This document shows positions 28,667 through 41,303 of a stretch of DNA of 64,000 bases, in pieces; the first letter of the stretch is position 1, and every line of letters begins with the position of its first letter. Both the position numbers and the translations under genes were made by a program. Under the pieces are notes generated by a model. The model was not told the DNA's origin. It saw only the letters and a list, made by a program, of their open reading frames with translations, and did no database searches. The DNA lies in NCBI RefSeq assembly GCF_009914755.1, contig NC_060932.1; one strand, written 5' to 3'. The stretch comes from the human T2T-CHM13v2.0 reference genome, Homo sapiens.

Positions 28667-29062
28667 TGATATAGTTTGGATATTTGTCTCCCCAAATCTC
28701 ATCATGAAATGTGATCTCCAGCATCAGAAATGAGGCCCAGTGGGAGGCGTTTGGGTCATGGGGGCATATCCTTCATGGTTTTGCTGACCTCACGATAGTG
28801 AGTTCTCATGAGATCTGGTTGTTTAAAAGTGTGTAGCACCTACCTCAGCCCCCTCTTGTTCCTACTCTGGCCACATAATGTGCCTGCTCCCACTGAGCTT
28901 TCTACCATGAGTAAAAGGTTCCCGAGGCCTCCACAGAAGCCAAGCAGATGCTAACGTTAAGCTTGTATAGCCTGCAGAACCATGAGCCAATTAAACTTTT
29001 TTCCTTATAAATTTTCCAGCCTCAGGTATTCCTTTATACCAATGCAAGAACAGCCTAATATA
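28667..29062 (+). mobile_element. MSTA/MSTB MaLR solo LTR
   Basis: tgatatagtttggatatttgtc...gcctgcagaaccatgagccaattaaac...ctaatata; TSD ctatc/ctacc. Confidence 0.9.
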
Positions 29063-29929
29063 CTACCTCTCTAAGACTTGTGAATCCTTCTCCAGTAGTA
29101 TAAGAAGGAAGTTCTGGAATCTTTACTTTTATTACTATCGGTGATTAATAAGTCCAGGCTTTGGAGCCATCTGCAATGCTAATAGGGATATTTTCAGATG
29201 TCCTTCCCAGAACATCAAATCCCTAACAACAGGTGAGTGGCCAATTCTCAATGAATTATTACCCATCCAGCATTATATTCCATGTTCCTGGGTATAGTAC
29301 CCTCAAGATACATCTTCACATGTGCTCTCTCCTATCTTCCTGGTATCTATTAATCACATGCTGCAATTCTTTTAGGTATGGATTATTTATTTTTGGATAA
29401 GGGGCTATAATTTTCTTGTTGGTTCATGCTGAGACTTAGCTCTAGTTGTTGTCTTGAGGGCAATAAAGTGTGGTGGAACTGGGTGCTGAAAAGAACAACT
29501 ATTATTTTGCAACGTGTCCCTGTGGTTGCAGGAGATAATTGTTTTTTAAAAGCTACTATAATAGCCTTCTGATTTTCATAAAAAGTATTATATCAGTAAT
29601 TAACTGCATTAAACCTATCCTTTTCTGCTTGCAAAGCCTCCGATGTTGTCAAAAGAAGCTATCACACTGCAATTTTTAAATTACCATTTCCTTCATATGG
29701 ATTAATGTAGCATCAACTGATCCTCCAATGATTCGATCTCATCCTGTACCTCATCACACTATCTACAGATAAAAATTTTAATAATTTTTATGCCATTGCA
29801 TGCTACGGGTTATTAACACTGCACCTACTGGTAATAACAAAGGTGCCCATTGCTTCTAGACAGAGAATCTATTTTAGTACTAAATCTCAACCGGTAGGTA
29901 TGCATTCTAGAACTATTCCCGTAACCAGC

Positions 29930-30470
29930 CATCTTATCTCAGCTTCCCTACAAAATAGCATTAGTCAAAACTTAAGTGTTGATGTTTTATTTGGAGGTCT
30001 AATTCCAACAAAACAAGAATAGGAATAAAGGAAGTGCTCATGCTCAAGCAGGGAAGAGGAGAAGAAAATCAAGATGGTGAATTTTGAAACTACATTGCCA
30101 CAAAAAGACAGCTGGTTTCTCATTTAGGCCTATCTATTACACCTGCAGGAGGAGAAACAGACTACAGAGCATGTAGACTGTTTCCCATATTCTCCTAGTT
30201 GGTCAAACTTCACTCAATGAGAAAATGATTTCCCTGCACTTTCTGAGTTTTATTCACCTGGCCTATTTTTGGTAAGTGTCCAGGAAGTCACATCCCGTAT
30301 TCTGTGGTGTGGCATTTCACCCTAGACTAGCAAGAGTAGGAGTATCCAGTCTCCATGTTCAGATCCTAAGGACCCTGGTTCCACAGCTACAACGGTTCCA
30401 ATCATCCTATGTGTGATGTAGGTCATGTAGGAGGCTGGCGCGTATCCTGGGACAGAAGCAGATTTAAGAT
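29930..30470 (-). mobile_element. LTR16-like ERVL LTR (putative 5' LTR)
   Basis: tcttatctcagcttccctacaaaatagca...ttttatttggaggtctaattcc parallels the start of the 26255 element; right boundary is uncertain. Confidence 0.55.
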
Positions 30471-30999
30471 AAATATAATTACTTATTTCATATATGTAAT
30501 TTTTATTTCTAGTGCTTTTTCACATACTTCTACATACAATCACTTAAGTTCAAGGACGGAGGAAATAAAGCTAAAATTCAGTCATACGTTCTTCTAAAGG
30601 TTAAATCTAAAGTTGAAGAGCAGAGTTTGGCTGAACAACAAGGACAAGACTAACCTTAGGCAAATCCCTGGTTTTGATTGATGTGTAATAGAATTCCTGC
30701 TGTAATAAGTGTCCTTTTAGTTTAAATAATGTATCTCTTATTTAAGTGACAGACATTTGGGACTCCTATTTGCTTTCTGCTAACCTACAGAAATTTGATC
30801 CACATGAGCTGGAAATTAACTATTACAATGTCTGAATTTTTTAGCAGGCAGGCAGAAATTGGCAGAAGAGTCTCATACTTTTGCATAGAATCCTTATTGT
30901 AAAAAAAAAATAAATGTAAAAGGAGAAAGACTTCATGGCACACTTATAATAATTTCATGATCTTGGTAATTAAATGTGGGCCCCCATGTCTATTTGTCT

Positions 31000-31156
31000 C
31001 CTATCTATGTATCTATCTATGTATCTATCTACCTACTTATCTCTGTCAATCACCTGTCATCTTTCTTTCTTTATACATATCTATCTTTGTGCATACATAA
31101 CACACAGAGACATATACACACACACATATATATATATACACACATACACATACATA
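31000..31156. repeat. Compound microsatellite (TCTA/TGTA)n, then (CA)n/(TA)n
   Basis: Directly visible. Confidence 0.9.
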
Positions 31157-31544
31157 GAGGCTTTCTTTTGGTTAACCTTTCATTTCATTCAGCTGGTGAA
31201 AACAGAGATTTAATTAAGCATGCTTAGAGCATGTAAAACAACCGTGGTTTTGGAATACAAGCAGTTAGAAATTGTTACTAGAGTGCCGTAGGATTAGCGT
31301 CTATTATTAAGCATTTTTGTGACATATAGAGAAGAAAGAACTTGCCACCATGAAGGTACCGTGAAAAGAATAGCAGATCAAAATGACACACAATATTCAT
31401 TTTTGACAAGCAGCCAGAGTTTGGAAAGCATACTGGGGCACATATTAATAACTGGATTGGAAAAGGAATCTGACTGCATTCTAAGTGCTTGTCAAAAGAA
31501 GAGTGGAAGAAAATATTATAATCTAAAAATATAAATCAACCACC

Positions 31545-31735
31545 ATTTAGTTAACATTTACCATATATCAGGTGCTAGATTGAACACAACACATACATTC
31601 TCTCCTTTGATCTTTAACAACATCTCTAAATGCAGGTATAATTATTTTACCAAACGAAGAAACTGAATCCCTGAGTGTTAAAAAAAATCTAATGGCAATA
31701 ATATTTGAATTCAGATCTACATGCTGAAAGCCTGT

Positions 31736-31740
<5 letters not shown>
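31545..31740 (-). mobile_element. MIR hosting an AluY
   Basis: attttaccaaacgaagaaactgaatccctgagtgttaa...atttgaattcagatct. Confidence 0.65.
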
Positions 31741-31741
<1 letters not shown>

Positions 31742-31766
<25 letters not shown>

Positions 31767-32049
31767 AGAGGCAGAGTCTCACTCTGCTTCCCAGGCTGGA
31801 GTGCAGTGGTGTGATTCCGGCTCACTGCAAGCTCCGCCTCCTGGGTTCACGCCATTATCCTGTCTCAGCCTCCTGAGTAGCTGGGACTACAGGCGCCCGC
31901 CACCACGCCTGGCTAATTTTTTTGTATTTTTAGTAGACATGGGGTTTCACCGTGTTAGCTAGGATGGTCTCGATCTCCTGACCTCATGATCCGCCCGCCT
32001 TAGCCTCCCAAAGTGCTGGGATTACAGGCGTGAGCCACTGTGCCCGGCC
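31742..32049 (-). mobile_element. AluY
   Basis: Diagnostic ctgcaagctccgcc, ttcacgccatt and gtgttagc-aggatggtctcgatc; long T tail; 14-bp TSD AAGCCTGTGCTCTT (31728-31741, 32050-32063). Confidence 0.95.
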
Positions 32050-32205
32050 AAGCCTGTGCTCTTAAGTTGATACACTGCACGCCTCCTTACTAGCATTGAT
32101 GGGGGCTTCTCCAATGTACCAGGTATTTTTTTACATTCACGAACAGGAATCTCTTCAGCTACACCAAGGTCAGCAGTGAGAACACTGGGGCTCAGCAAAG
32201 AAAAG

Positions 32206-32498
32206 GAGCCGGGCGTGGTGGCTCAGGCCTGTAATCCCAGCACTTTGGGAGGCGAAGGCAGGTAGATTGCTTGAGCCCAGGAGTTTGAGATCAGCCTGGA
32301 CAACATGGCGAAACCCCATCTCTACAAAATGTACAAAAATTAGCTGGGTATCAAGGCATGTGCTTATAGTCCAAGCTACTCAGGAGACTGAGGTGAGAGG
32401 ATGGCTGAAGCTCTGGAGGTTGAGGGTGCAGTGAGCTGTGATTGCACCACTGCACTGGGTAAAAGAAGGAGATCTTGTCTCAAAAAAAAAAAAAAAAA
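32206..32498 (+). mobile_element. AluJ
   Basis: gattgcttgagcccaggagtttgag and gtgagctgtgattgcacc diagnostics; A tail. Confidence 0.92.
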
Positions 32499-33328
32499 GC
32501 CTTCTCTGAAGCTATATAGTTAATAATTGACAGAGGCTGTGGTTTTGCCTGCATTTCCAGACATTACATCTAGTTCAGCCTTGTGAATTCTGTCTATGGC
32601 TTCTTTCCATTCCACAGCTCATTAGATCCAGAGAAAATATTTGTGTATGGGTGATAATGATTAGATCAGGACTTGCTAATACTCTCAATAATTACTTATA
32701 ATCATTTAAGGGTATTGTGCTTTTTTCCCAACCCTAAAAACTATCACTATTAACCCTAATTTATAGATAAGAACTTTTTAAAATTTTCCAAGCATTACTC
32801 AATTCAAATATAATGGTAAAAAGCCAGGCTGTTATTTTTGCCTTGGAACATCAACTCCAATGCTTAAAAAAACAAGCTAGCCATTTAAAGATCCAAAGGC
32901 AGTAGAATAGAAGGCAGGCTGTTCTTTCCTGGTGGCTACAGAGACAGAGCACAGATGAAGCGGCATCCAAATGCAATAAACTCTCAAAAGCTGTCTCATC
33001 TGGCCTTGCCAAGACCTGCAAAGGTGCTTTCCCACAAACAGAAGCCTGGTGGGTGAGGACAGTGTCAGGGTCTTTGGAATAATTTCTTTGCCATTTTTCC
33101 AAGGCCTGGGCTGGAGGTAGGAACTGTAAATGACTCCTACTAACGGTCCTAGAGACTCTGGCTGGCTACGATGCTACCTGCTCCCCGGGAGAATGTGGCT
33201 GGTGACACTCTGGCACATGCATGATGTGTGCTGCAAAAGTGAGTTAACCAAATGTCACTTTCCCTCAAGGTATCTATTGTAGCTAATTTAAAAACCTAAA
33301 CATGTCCCATAACATAGAATGGATAGTT

Positions 33329-33403
33329 AAAGGTTGAATGATATGAATTGCGAATGTGGACAATTTTTAACCTACAAAATGGTAGTCATATGATTGAATC
33401 TAA
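33329..33403. mobile_element. MADE2-like mariner MITE inside an old L1M fragment (~33260-33560)
   Basis: aggttgaatgatatgaattgc...tttttaacctacaaaatggtagtcatatgattgaatctaa: decayed terminal inverted repeats matching my recollection of MADE2. Confidence 0.7.
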
Positions 33404-33679
33404 TAAATAATGGCACATGCATTCAATATACCAATGTATAGCCATCAAAAATGAAGTCACAAAGATTTTATAAGCAACATGAAAAAGTGCTTTTACTGTC
33501 ATGTTAAGTTAAACAGTGGGCTAAAATATTACAAATAAAATTTTGGTCCTGAAAGTGTAGGGAAGGATGCAAAGGAAAAACCCTGAAAAGGAAGGCATCC
33601 TTGCAGCTGTCTTTCTTCCCTCCCTTCTCTGCCCATAGCCACAAAAACAAAAACACAGGTAAACAAAGAAACAAACAAA

Positions 33680-33830
33680 AACTGGAACTAAGCCTTGGCC
33701 AGCCTGGCTTTCAGTTTCAGTTGCGCCATCTATTCACTGAATTATCTGGAGAAAGATCCTTTCAGACCTTTCCATTCTTGTGCTCCAAGTTTCATCTGTC
33801 AACTAAGGAGGGGAATTCTAGATGACACTT
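33680..33830 (+). mobile_element. MIR
   Basis: cctggctttcag...ttgtgctccaagtttcatctgtcaa. Confidence 0.5.
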
Positions 33831-35079
33831 TAGGGCCCCAGGACAATACAATTTAACTGAAAAAGTCAACATGATTTGAACACCAGACTATTTTAGCAAA
33901 CTGCAATTTTGTTAGACACGGCAAAACAAGAGCAGAGCTTGTTAAACTTCACAAAATCCATGGAAAACAGAGACTGAAGCACTCTTATTCCCAACTCAGT
34001 TTTCTAATTTATTCAGGTTTATTTCGGCCTACTTTGTTACTCAATTTAAAAAAAAATGTTATTTAAGTAAGTCATTTGAAATTGCTTAGTTTAATTGCAT
34101 TCTGGATTCTCAGTGAGGCAAAAAGCCAGTGGATTTTCTTGATGTCAGGATGTACAGATAAGATTTTGGGGGCATGGAAACTGTTTCTTATTAACTATTT
34201 TTCCTTTTTTATTTTGAGCTTTTGGTGTTATGAACAGAATTTTAGATAATTGGATATAGTCCAGAGTTTAATATTTCTATCAAAAAAGGTTATACAAAAT
34301 ACATCACATACTTTAAAATAAACATGTTACAATTTTAAATATAACAATTTTATTTAAATTGCAGAACATAACAGAAATAGAAAAGCTTTTTAGGTATGAC
34401 CATTTCAAATGTTCAACTTAAATATGTTTTAATATACAAGTTTACCTTGACATTTTCAGATACTGTTAGAATTTTTATACATTCCTTTTGAATCTGTTAT
34501 TTATAGGATGAAGTATAAATTAACCAATTTATGCCTTCCTCTCCATCTTGCCTATGAGAAGATATAAAATCAAAGTACATCAATCCGGAAATACAATGTT
34601 GACATTTACCAGCATCAAAATTGGTTCTCTCACATTTTAAAGAAAATTTAAAATGAGTCTATGGAGCTTTAAAACATTTATTATTTTAACCAATATTGAA
34701 GTGACATTTTGCACATAATGAACACTAAGGTAGGTGCTGGATATTCAATATTGAACTCACTGTCTAGTGAGCAAAACACATTTTAATAAAATAATTGCAA
34801 AACTGACCATCACAAAGTATGTGTGTGATGTTGCAGGAATCTCATCTGATTCAGAAGAGGACCGGGGCTACCTGAAGGTCTTCCCTGAAGATGTGCTAAG
34901 GAACTTAGGATTTGGAAATGGAAATGAATTTAAGGTTGACTTAATCTAACATTCTGATTTGACTCTGGAGGCAGAATAACATAGGGAGGTCCACCGTCAA
35001 AGCAGCTGGTTTTTATACCCAGTATCTATTGCTTAATCACCATGCATCAATGGTGATCAAACAGTGGTGATCACAGGCT

Positions 35080-35330
35080 TGTTCTAATTATCTATTGCTG
35101 TCTATCTTGGTTTGCCTAAGACTGTTCCAGTTTTACCACTCAAAGTCCTGCATCCCACAAAAGCCTTCAACTCTAAGCAAAAGGAAAGATTGGCCATCCA
35201 CTAACAAATCACTCCAAAACGTAGTGGCTAAAAATACCGATATATTATTATCTGTCATATTCTGTGGATTGTCTGGAATACGATGGATGGCTCTTGCTTC
35301 TAGTCTTTTGTTTTGCTGTGACAAGTGGTA
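35080..35330 (-). mobile_element. MLT1 fragment with nested MER94-like hAT element (~35100-35203)
   Basis: tatctattgctg...taacaaatcactccaaaacgtagtggct is interrupted by tcttggtttgcctaagactgttccagtttt...gattggccatcc. Confidence 0.6.
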
Positions 35331-35549
35331 GCTTCAGCTTATCTGTAAAATAATGCCAAGTACCTATGTCATAGGTTGTTGCGAAGCTTCATGAGTTAAA
35401 AGGTGTAAAGAATTTAGCACACTGGCTAATACACAAAAATTATAAAACAAGTTGATCTGTTGATAAAAGTAGAATGAAGGAAAAGGGAGAGGGAAATGAT
35501 AGCTGTAGTGAGGGGAGAGTAAATCCGTGTTTCAGTGTTACTCTGGCAG

Positions 35550-35745
35550 CCAACATTTAATAGATGCTTTACATGCACAGTCTCAGCTAATCTCTCATCT
35601 ACATACACAGAACAGGCATTACCATTATCTCCATTTCAAACATGAGGAAACTGCCATTTTAAAAGTACAATACCTCCCAAGGTCTCATAGTAGTGGAGCT
35701 AAAATTTAAACACGGACTTGTGTGTACAAAACCTATGCTCCTTCC
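35550..35745 (-). mobile_element. MIR
   Basis: ccattatctccatttcaaacatgaggaaactg...cccaaggtctcatag. Confidence 0.7.
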
Positions 35746-35829
35746 ACCTCTGTGTCTGCTCTGCAGGAAACTGCAAAGCAAGCTCTTAAAATTTTTTTCC
35801 TAAAAATGTCACGTCACCAAGAAGAATTA

Positions 35830-36725
35830 GCAAGGATAGGGATTATTCTGCTGTATTAAACATTCAAAATATGGACCAAAATATGTGAAAAACAGTTTTC
35901 AAGATGTCTAGTAGAAGAAAAGAGACCCATGAAAGGAGGAGGAGATGAAGTTAGCACTATCATGTCCTCAGTTTTCTACCTTGAGAGAATTTCCAGCTCA
36001 CAAAAAGACAGGGAGAACCCAGAGCCATGAGAACTGGCTGGGTTGAGGAGGCAGAGCCGAAAGTCAGGAAAGATAGCTTGAACCTTCAGGAGAGAGTACC
36101 ACGGAGGAAAACGGCTGAACAGGAAGAAAACTCTAAATGTTTGCAAAGGATTCACCCCAAGCATTCAGGTAGTTACCAGTCAGTGTACACATACGAGAAA
36201 ATGACTGGAGGTCAAGGAGAGAACTACCTGAAAGGATTAATGGTAACAGTGCCTATTGCCTACACAAGGACTGAAATAGTGCATAGAACCACCAACCAGG
36301 TTGGAAAATCTTATGATTCATGGGCATTGGATAGAGTATACAGAAGGCTCTTGACTCATTAGTGGGGACTAATAAGCACTAGACAAACTGCTGCTCCAGT
36401 CTTGTCTGAACACGTCCGAAATGCAAGAAACTGTTTTCTTGCAGGAAAATAATTAAACTGTTTTCAATGACTGTAATGCATTTCAGAACAAAGCTCAAGA
36501 ATATTGACAGAAATACAAAAATATGCAATGTCCAACCAGATAAAATTCAGAATGTCTAAGTTTTAATGCAATATTACAACCATGCGAAAGGCAGGAAAAC
36601 ATCACCCATACCCATAATGAAAAGAAAACTTCCATCTAAATTAACCAGAACTGGCACAGATGTGATAATTAGCACACAGGGATATCAAAACAGTTTTTAC
36701 AACTATATTCCACGTATTTGGAGAT
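35830..36725 (+). mobile_element. Old L1M 5'-region fragment
   Basis: ggaccaaaatatgtgaaaaacagttttcaagatg ... cagaacaaagctcaagaatatt ... cagatgtgataattagcacacaggga. Confidence 0.6.
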
Positions 36726-37381
36726 AAGAATATTCCCTAGAGATAAGGAAAACAAAACCGTGTTCTCCCTAAACCCCTTACCTTCAGCTGAAGAACCACA
36801 CTCACTCTACTGATTCATTCTGGTCTCTCAGTAACTGGTCTTTCAGATTTCCTCAACCAGTTTTGAGCTCTGCACTACAGCATTGAATCCGATTCCAGCC
36901 AGGGGCTGTATAGTCTCTTAGAGCTTGGCTGAGACTATATGCAATGCAATAATAAAAGCCAGGAACTCTGCAAATTATGGTGCCAATTATAGAGGACTGA
37001 ACAGAATTTAAAAATCTAAGTATGTGCCAAAGTTAAGGATAAAAAACTGTCCACATGAAAGTGACAGTTCAAATGTAAGAGGAACTATCTCAAGAGATTC
37101 CGTGGAGTGACCAGCACCCAGCTGCAGTGACTGTATGGAAGCTTTTTAGGGCACACGCTGCTGTATGCCCAGAAGCTTCAGAAAATTGACTAGAAGTTGA
37201 TGACTGAAGGCCCTAGGATTTTAGTCTTGTGAGAGCCAATTGCTTCTTCTTCCATCTTCTTCTGCCTTTCATTGGCCACCTTTATCAGGCCCCTTGCCAT
37301 CACTGGACTCTCACCAGACTCTCACTGCTATTCTAAATTCTGAATTCCACCAAGGCCATTGTATCAGAAACTCCACTTCTT

Positions 37382-37720
<339 letters not shown>

Positions 37721-37808
37721 CACACTCTTATCTCCTTTGTGATATGATGACTCCTAGATTAGATTTGTGATTTCTTATTTGCTTTAGAACTTGTTTTGCC
37801 TTCCTGTC

Positions 37809-38186
37809 TGATATAGTTAAGTTTTGTGTCCCTACCCAAATCTCATCTTGAATTGTAACCCCCAGGTGTTGAGGGAGAGAGCTGGTGGGAGGTGATTGGA
37901 TCATGGGGGTGGTTTCCCCCATGCTGTCCTTAGGATAGTGAGTGAGTTCTCATGAGATCTGATGATTTTGTAAGTGCTCGGCAAGCTTCTCCTTTGCTCA
38001 CTGTTCTCTCTCCTGCCACCATGTGAAGAAGATTCATGCTTCCCCTTTGCCTTCTGCCATGCTTGTAAATTTCCTGATGCCTCCCCAGCCATTCAGAACT
38101 GTGAGTCAATTAAACCTCTTTTTAAAATAAATTACCCAGTCTCGGGAAGTTATTGATAGTAGTGTGAAAACAAGCAGGCTAATACA
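37809..38186 (+). mobile_element. THE1D-like LTR (first of three)
   Basis: tgatatagttaag...cccaaatctcatcttgaattgta...gaactgtgagtcaattaaacctc...ctaataca. Confidence 0.9.
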
Positions 38187-39727
38187 GTAAATTGGTACCA
38201 GAAGTAGGTACCAATTTACTGTATTAAAGATACAGTACTTTAATGTACTGCTATAAAGATACTAAAAAATGTTGAAGTAACTTTGGAACTGGGTAACAGG
38301 CACAGGTTGGAACAGTTTGGAGGGCTCAGAAGAAGACAGGAAGATGTGGGGAATTTTGGAAGTTCTTATGAACTTGTTGAGTGGTTTTGACCAAAATGTC
38401 AATAGTGATATAGTCAATGAAGTCCAAGCTGAGGTGGTCTCAGATGGAGATGAGGAACTAATTGGGATCTGAAGTAAAGGTGACTCTTGCTGTGCTTTAA
38501 CAAGAGACAGGCAGCATTTTGCCCCTACTTTAGAGATCTGTGGAACTTTGAACTTGAGAGAGATGATCTGAAATTGGAACTTATTTTTAAAAGAGAGGCA
38601 AATCATAAAAGTTTGGAGAATTTGCAGCCCGATGATGCAGTAGAAAAGAAAAACCAATTTTCTGAGAGAAATTCAAGCCAGCTGCAGAAATTTGCATAAG
38701 TAATGAGGTGCCAAATGTTAATTTCCAAGACAATGGGGAAAATGTCTCCAGGACATGTCAGAAACCTTCAGAGCAGTCCCTTTCATCACAGGCCAGAAGG
38801 CTTAAGAGGTAAAAAAGGCTGTGGGCCAGGTCCAAGGTCTTGATATGTGCAGCCTCTGGACTTGGTGCCCTGCATCCCAGTCACTCTAGTCATGGCTAAA
38901 AGGGGCCAAGGTACAGCTCAAGCTGTTGCTTCAGAGGGTGCAAGCCCCAAGCCTTTATAGCTTCCACATAGTGTTGGTCCGGTGGATGCACAGAAGACAA
39001 GAATTGAGGTTTGGGATCCTCCACCTAGATTTCAGAGGATGTATGGAAACGCCTGGATGTCCAGGCAGAGGTGTGTTGCAGGGCAGAGCCCTCATGGAGA
39101 ACTTCTGCTAGGGCAGTGCAAACAGGAAATGTGGGGTTGGAGCCCCCACCCAGAGACCCCACTGGGGCACTGCCTAGTAGAGCTGTGAGAAGAGGGCCAA
39201 CATCCTCCAGACCCCAGAATGGTAGATCCACTGACAGCTTGTACAATATTTCTGGAAAAGCTGCAGACACTCAATGCCAGCTGTGAAAGCAGCCAGGGCA
39301 GGACTGTACCCTGCAAAGCCACAGGGGCAGAACTGCCCAATGCCATGGGAGCCCACCTCTTGAATCAGCCTGGCCTGGATGTGAGACATGGAGTCAAAGG
39401 AGATTATTGTGGAGTTTTAATATTTAATGACTGCCCTGCAGGATTTTGGACTTTCATGGGGCCTGTAGGCTCTTGGTTTTGGCCAATTTCTCCCATTTGG
39501 AAATGGGAGCATTTATCCTGTACCCCAATTGTGTCTTGGAAGTAAATAACTTGCTTTTGATTTTACAGGCTCCTAGGTGGAAGGGACTTGCCTTGTCTCA
39601 GATGAGACTTTGGACTGTGGACTTTTGCGTTAATGCTGAAATGAGTTAAGACTTTGGGGGACTGTTGGGAAGGCGTGATTGTTTTGAAAGGTGAAGACAT
39701 GAGATTTGGGAATGGGTAGGCGCAAAA
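38187..39727 (+). mobile_element. THE1 internal region, copy 1 (~1.54 kb)
   Basis: gtaaattggtacc...ctttggaactgggtaacaggc...gacatgagatttggga. Confidence 0.92.
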
Positions 39728-40074
39728 TTATATGGTTTTGCTGTGTCCCCATCCAAATCTCACCTTGAATTGTAATAATCTCCACATGTTAAGACCAGGA
39801 CCAGGTGGAGATAATTGAATCATGGGACTAGTTTCCCCAATATTGTTTCTGCAGTAGTGAATAAGTCTCACAAGGTCTGATGGTTTTTTGAATGGGAGTT
39901 CCCCTGCACAAGCTCTCTCTTGCCTGCCACCATTAAAGACACCCCTTGCTCTTCTGCCATGATTGTGAGGCCTCCCGAGCCATGTGGAACAGTGAGTCAG
40001 TTAGACCTCTTTTCTTTATAAATTACCCAGTCTTAGGTATATCTTTATTAGCAGCATGAGAACAGACTAATATA
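39728..40074 (+). mobile_element. THE1C-like LTR (middle)
   Basis: gaattgtaataatc...accaggtggagataattgaatcatggg...gtgaataagtctcac...gactaatata. Confidence 0.88.
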
Positions 40075-41303
40075 TTAAATTGGTACCAGTAGAGTGGGGT
40101 GCTGCTGTAAAGATACCCAAAAATGTGGAAGCGACTTTGGAACTGGGTAACAGACAGAGGTTGGAACAGTTTGGAGGGCTCATAAGAGAACAGGAAGATG
40201 TGAAAAAGTTTGGAACTTCCTAGAGACTTGTTGAATGGCTTCGACCAAAATACTGATAGTGATATGGACAGTAAAGTCAGGTTTAGGTGGTCTCAGATAA
40301 AGATGAGGAAAATGTCTCCAGGGTATGCCAGAGACCTTCACGGCAGCCCTTCCCATCACAGGTCCAGAGGCCTAGAAGGGAAAATGGTTTCAAGGGCTGG
40401 GCCCAGGGCCCCCAAGCTGAGTGCATCCTAGGGACTTGATGCCCTGTATCCCAGCCACTCCATTCATGGCTAAAAGGGAAAAAGGTATAGCTCGGGCCAC
40501 GGCTTCAGAGGTGGAAGCCCCAAGCCTTGGCAGCTTCTACATAGAGTTGAGCCTCTGAGTCCACAGAAGTCAGGAATTGAGGTTTGGGAACGTCCGCCTA
40601 GATTTCAGAGGATGTATGTAAAGAACTGGATGTCCAGGCAGAGGTGTGCTGCAGGGGTGGAGACCTCATGGAGAACCTCCGCCAGGGCAATGCAGAAGGG
40701 AAATGTGGGATAGAAGCCTCCACAAAGAGTCTTCACTAGGGCACTGCCTACTGGAACTGTGAGAAGAGTGCAACAGTCCTCCAGAACCCAGAATGGTAGA
40801 TCCACACACAGTTTGCACTGTGCACCTAGAAAAGCCACAGACACTTAATGCCAACCTCTGAAAGCAGTGGGAGGGGGTCTGTACTCTGCAAAACAACAGA
40901 GGTGGAGCTGCCCAAGAAAGTGGAAACCCACTTCTTACATCAGGGTGACCTGGTTGTGAGACATGGAGTCAAAGATTATTTTGGAGTTTTAAGATTTGAC
41001 TGCCCTGCTGGATTTGAGACTTACATGGAACCTGTAGCCCCTTCATTTTAGCCAATTTCTCTCATTTGGAATGGGAACATTTCTCCAATGCCAGTATCCC
41101 CCATTGTATCTAGGATGTAACTAACTTGCTTTTGATTTTACAGGCTCCTAGGCAGAAGGGACTTGCTTTGTCTCAGACAAGACTTTGGACTGTGGACTTT
41201 TGTGTTAATGCTGAAATGAGTAAAGACTGTGGGGGACTGTTAGGAAGGCATGATTGATTTTGAAATGTGAGGACATGAGATTTGGGAGGGGCCCGGGGCA
41301 GAA
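40075..41303 (+). mobile_element. THE1 internal region, copy 2 (~1.23 kb, internal deletion)
   Basis: Collinear with copy 1 but lacks ~283 bp at ~40303-40310. Confidence 0.92.

Larger units (their letters stand above)
26600..29930 (-). mobile_element. Decayed ERVL internal region (ERV3-16A3-like gag/pro remnants)
   Basis: The reverse complement of ~27932-27980 translates QLNTGSKLTLMSGKQK, resembling the ERVL protease motif LLDTGSELTLIPGDPK; it lies between two similar LTRs. Confidence 0.6.

Noticed and set aside
33329-33403. MADE2 palindrome as a miRNA-like hairpin
   Set aside because: The arms are too decayed to pair well, and there is no evidence of transcription.
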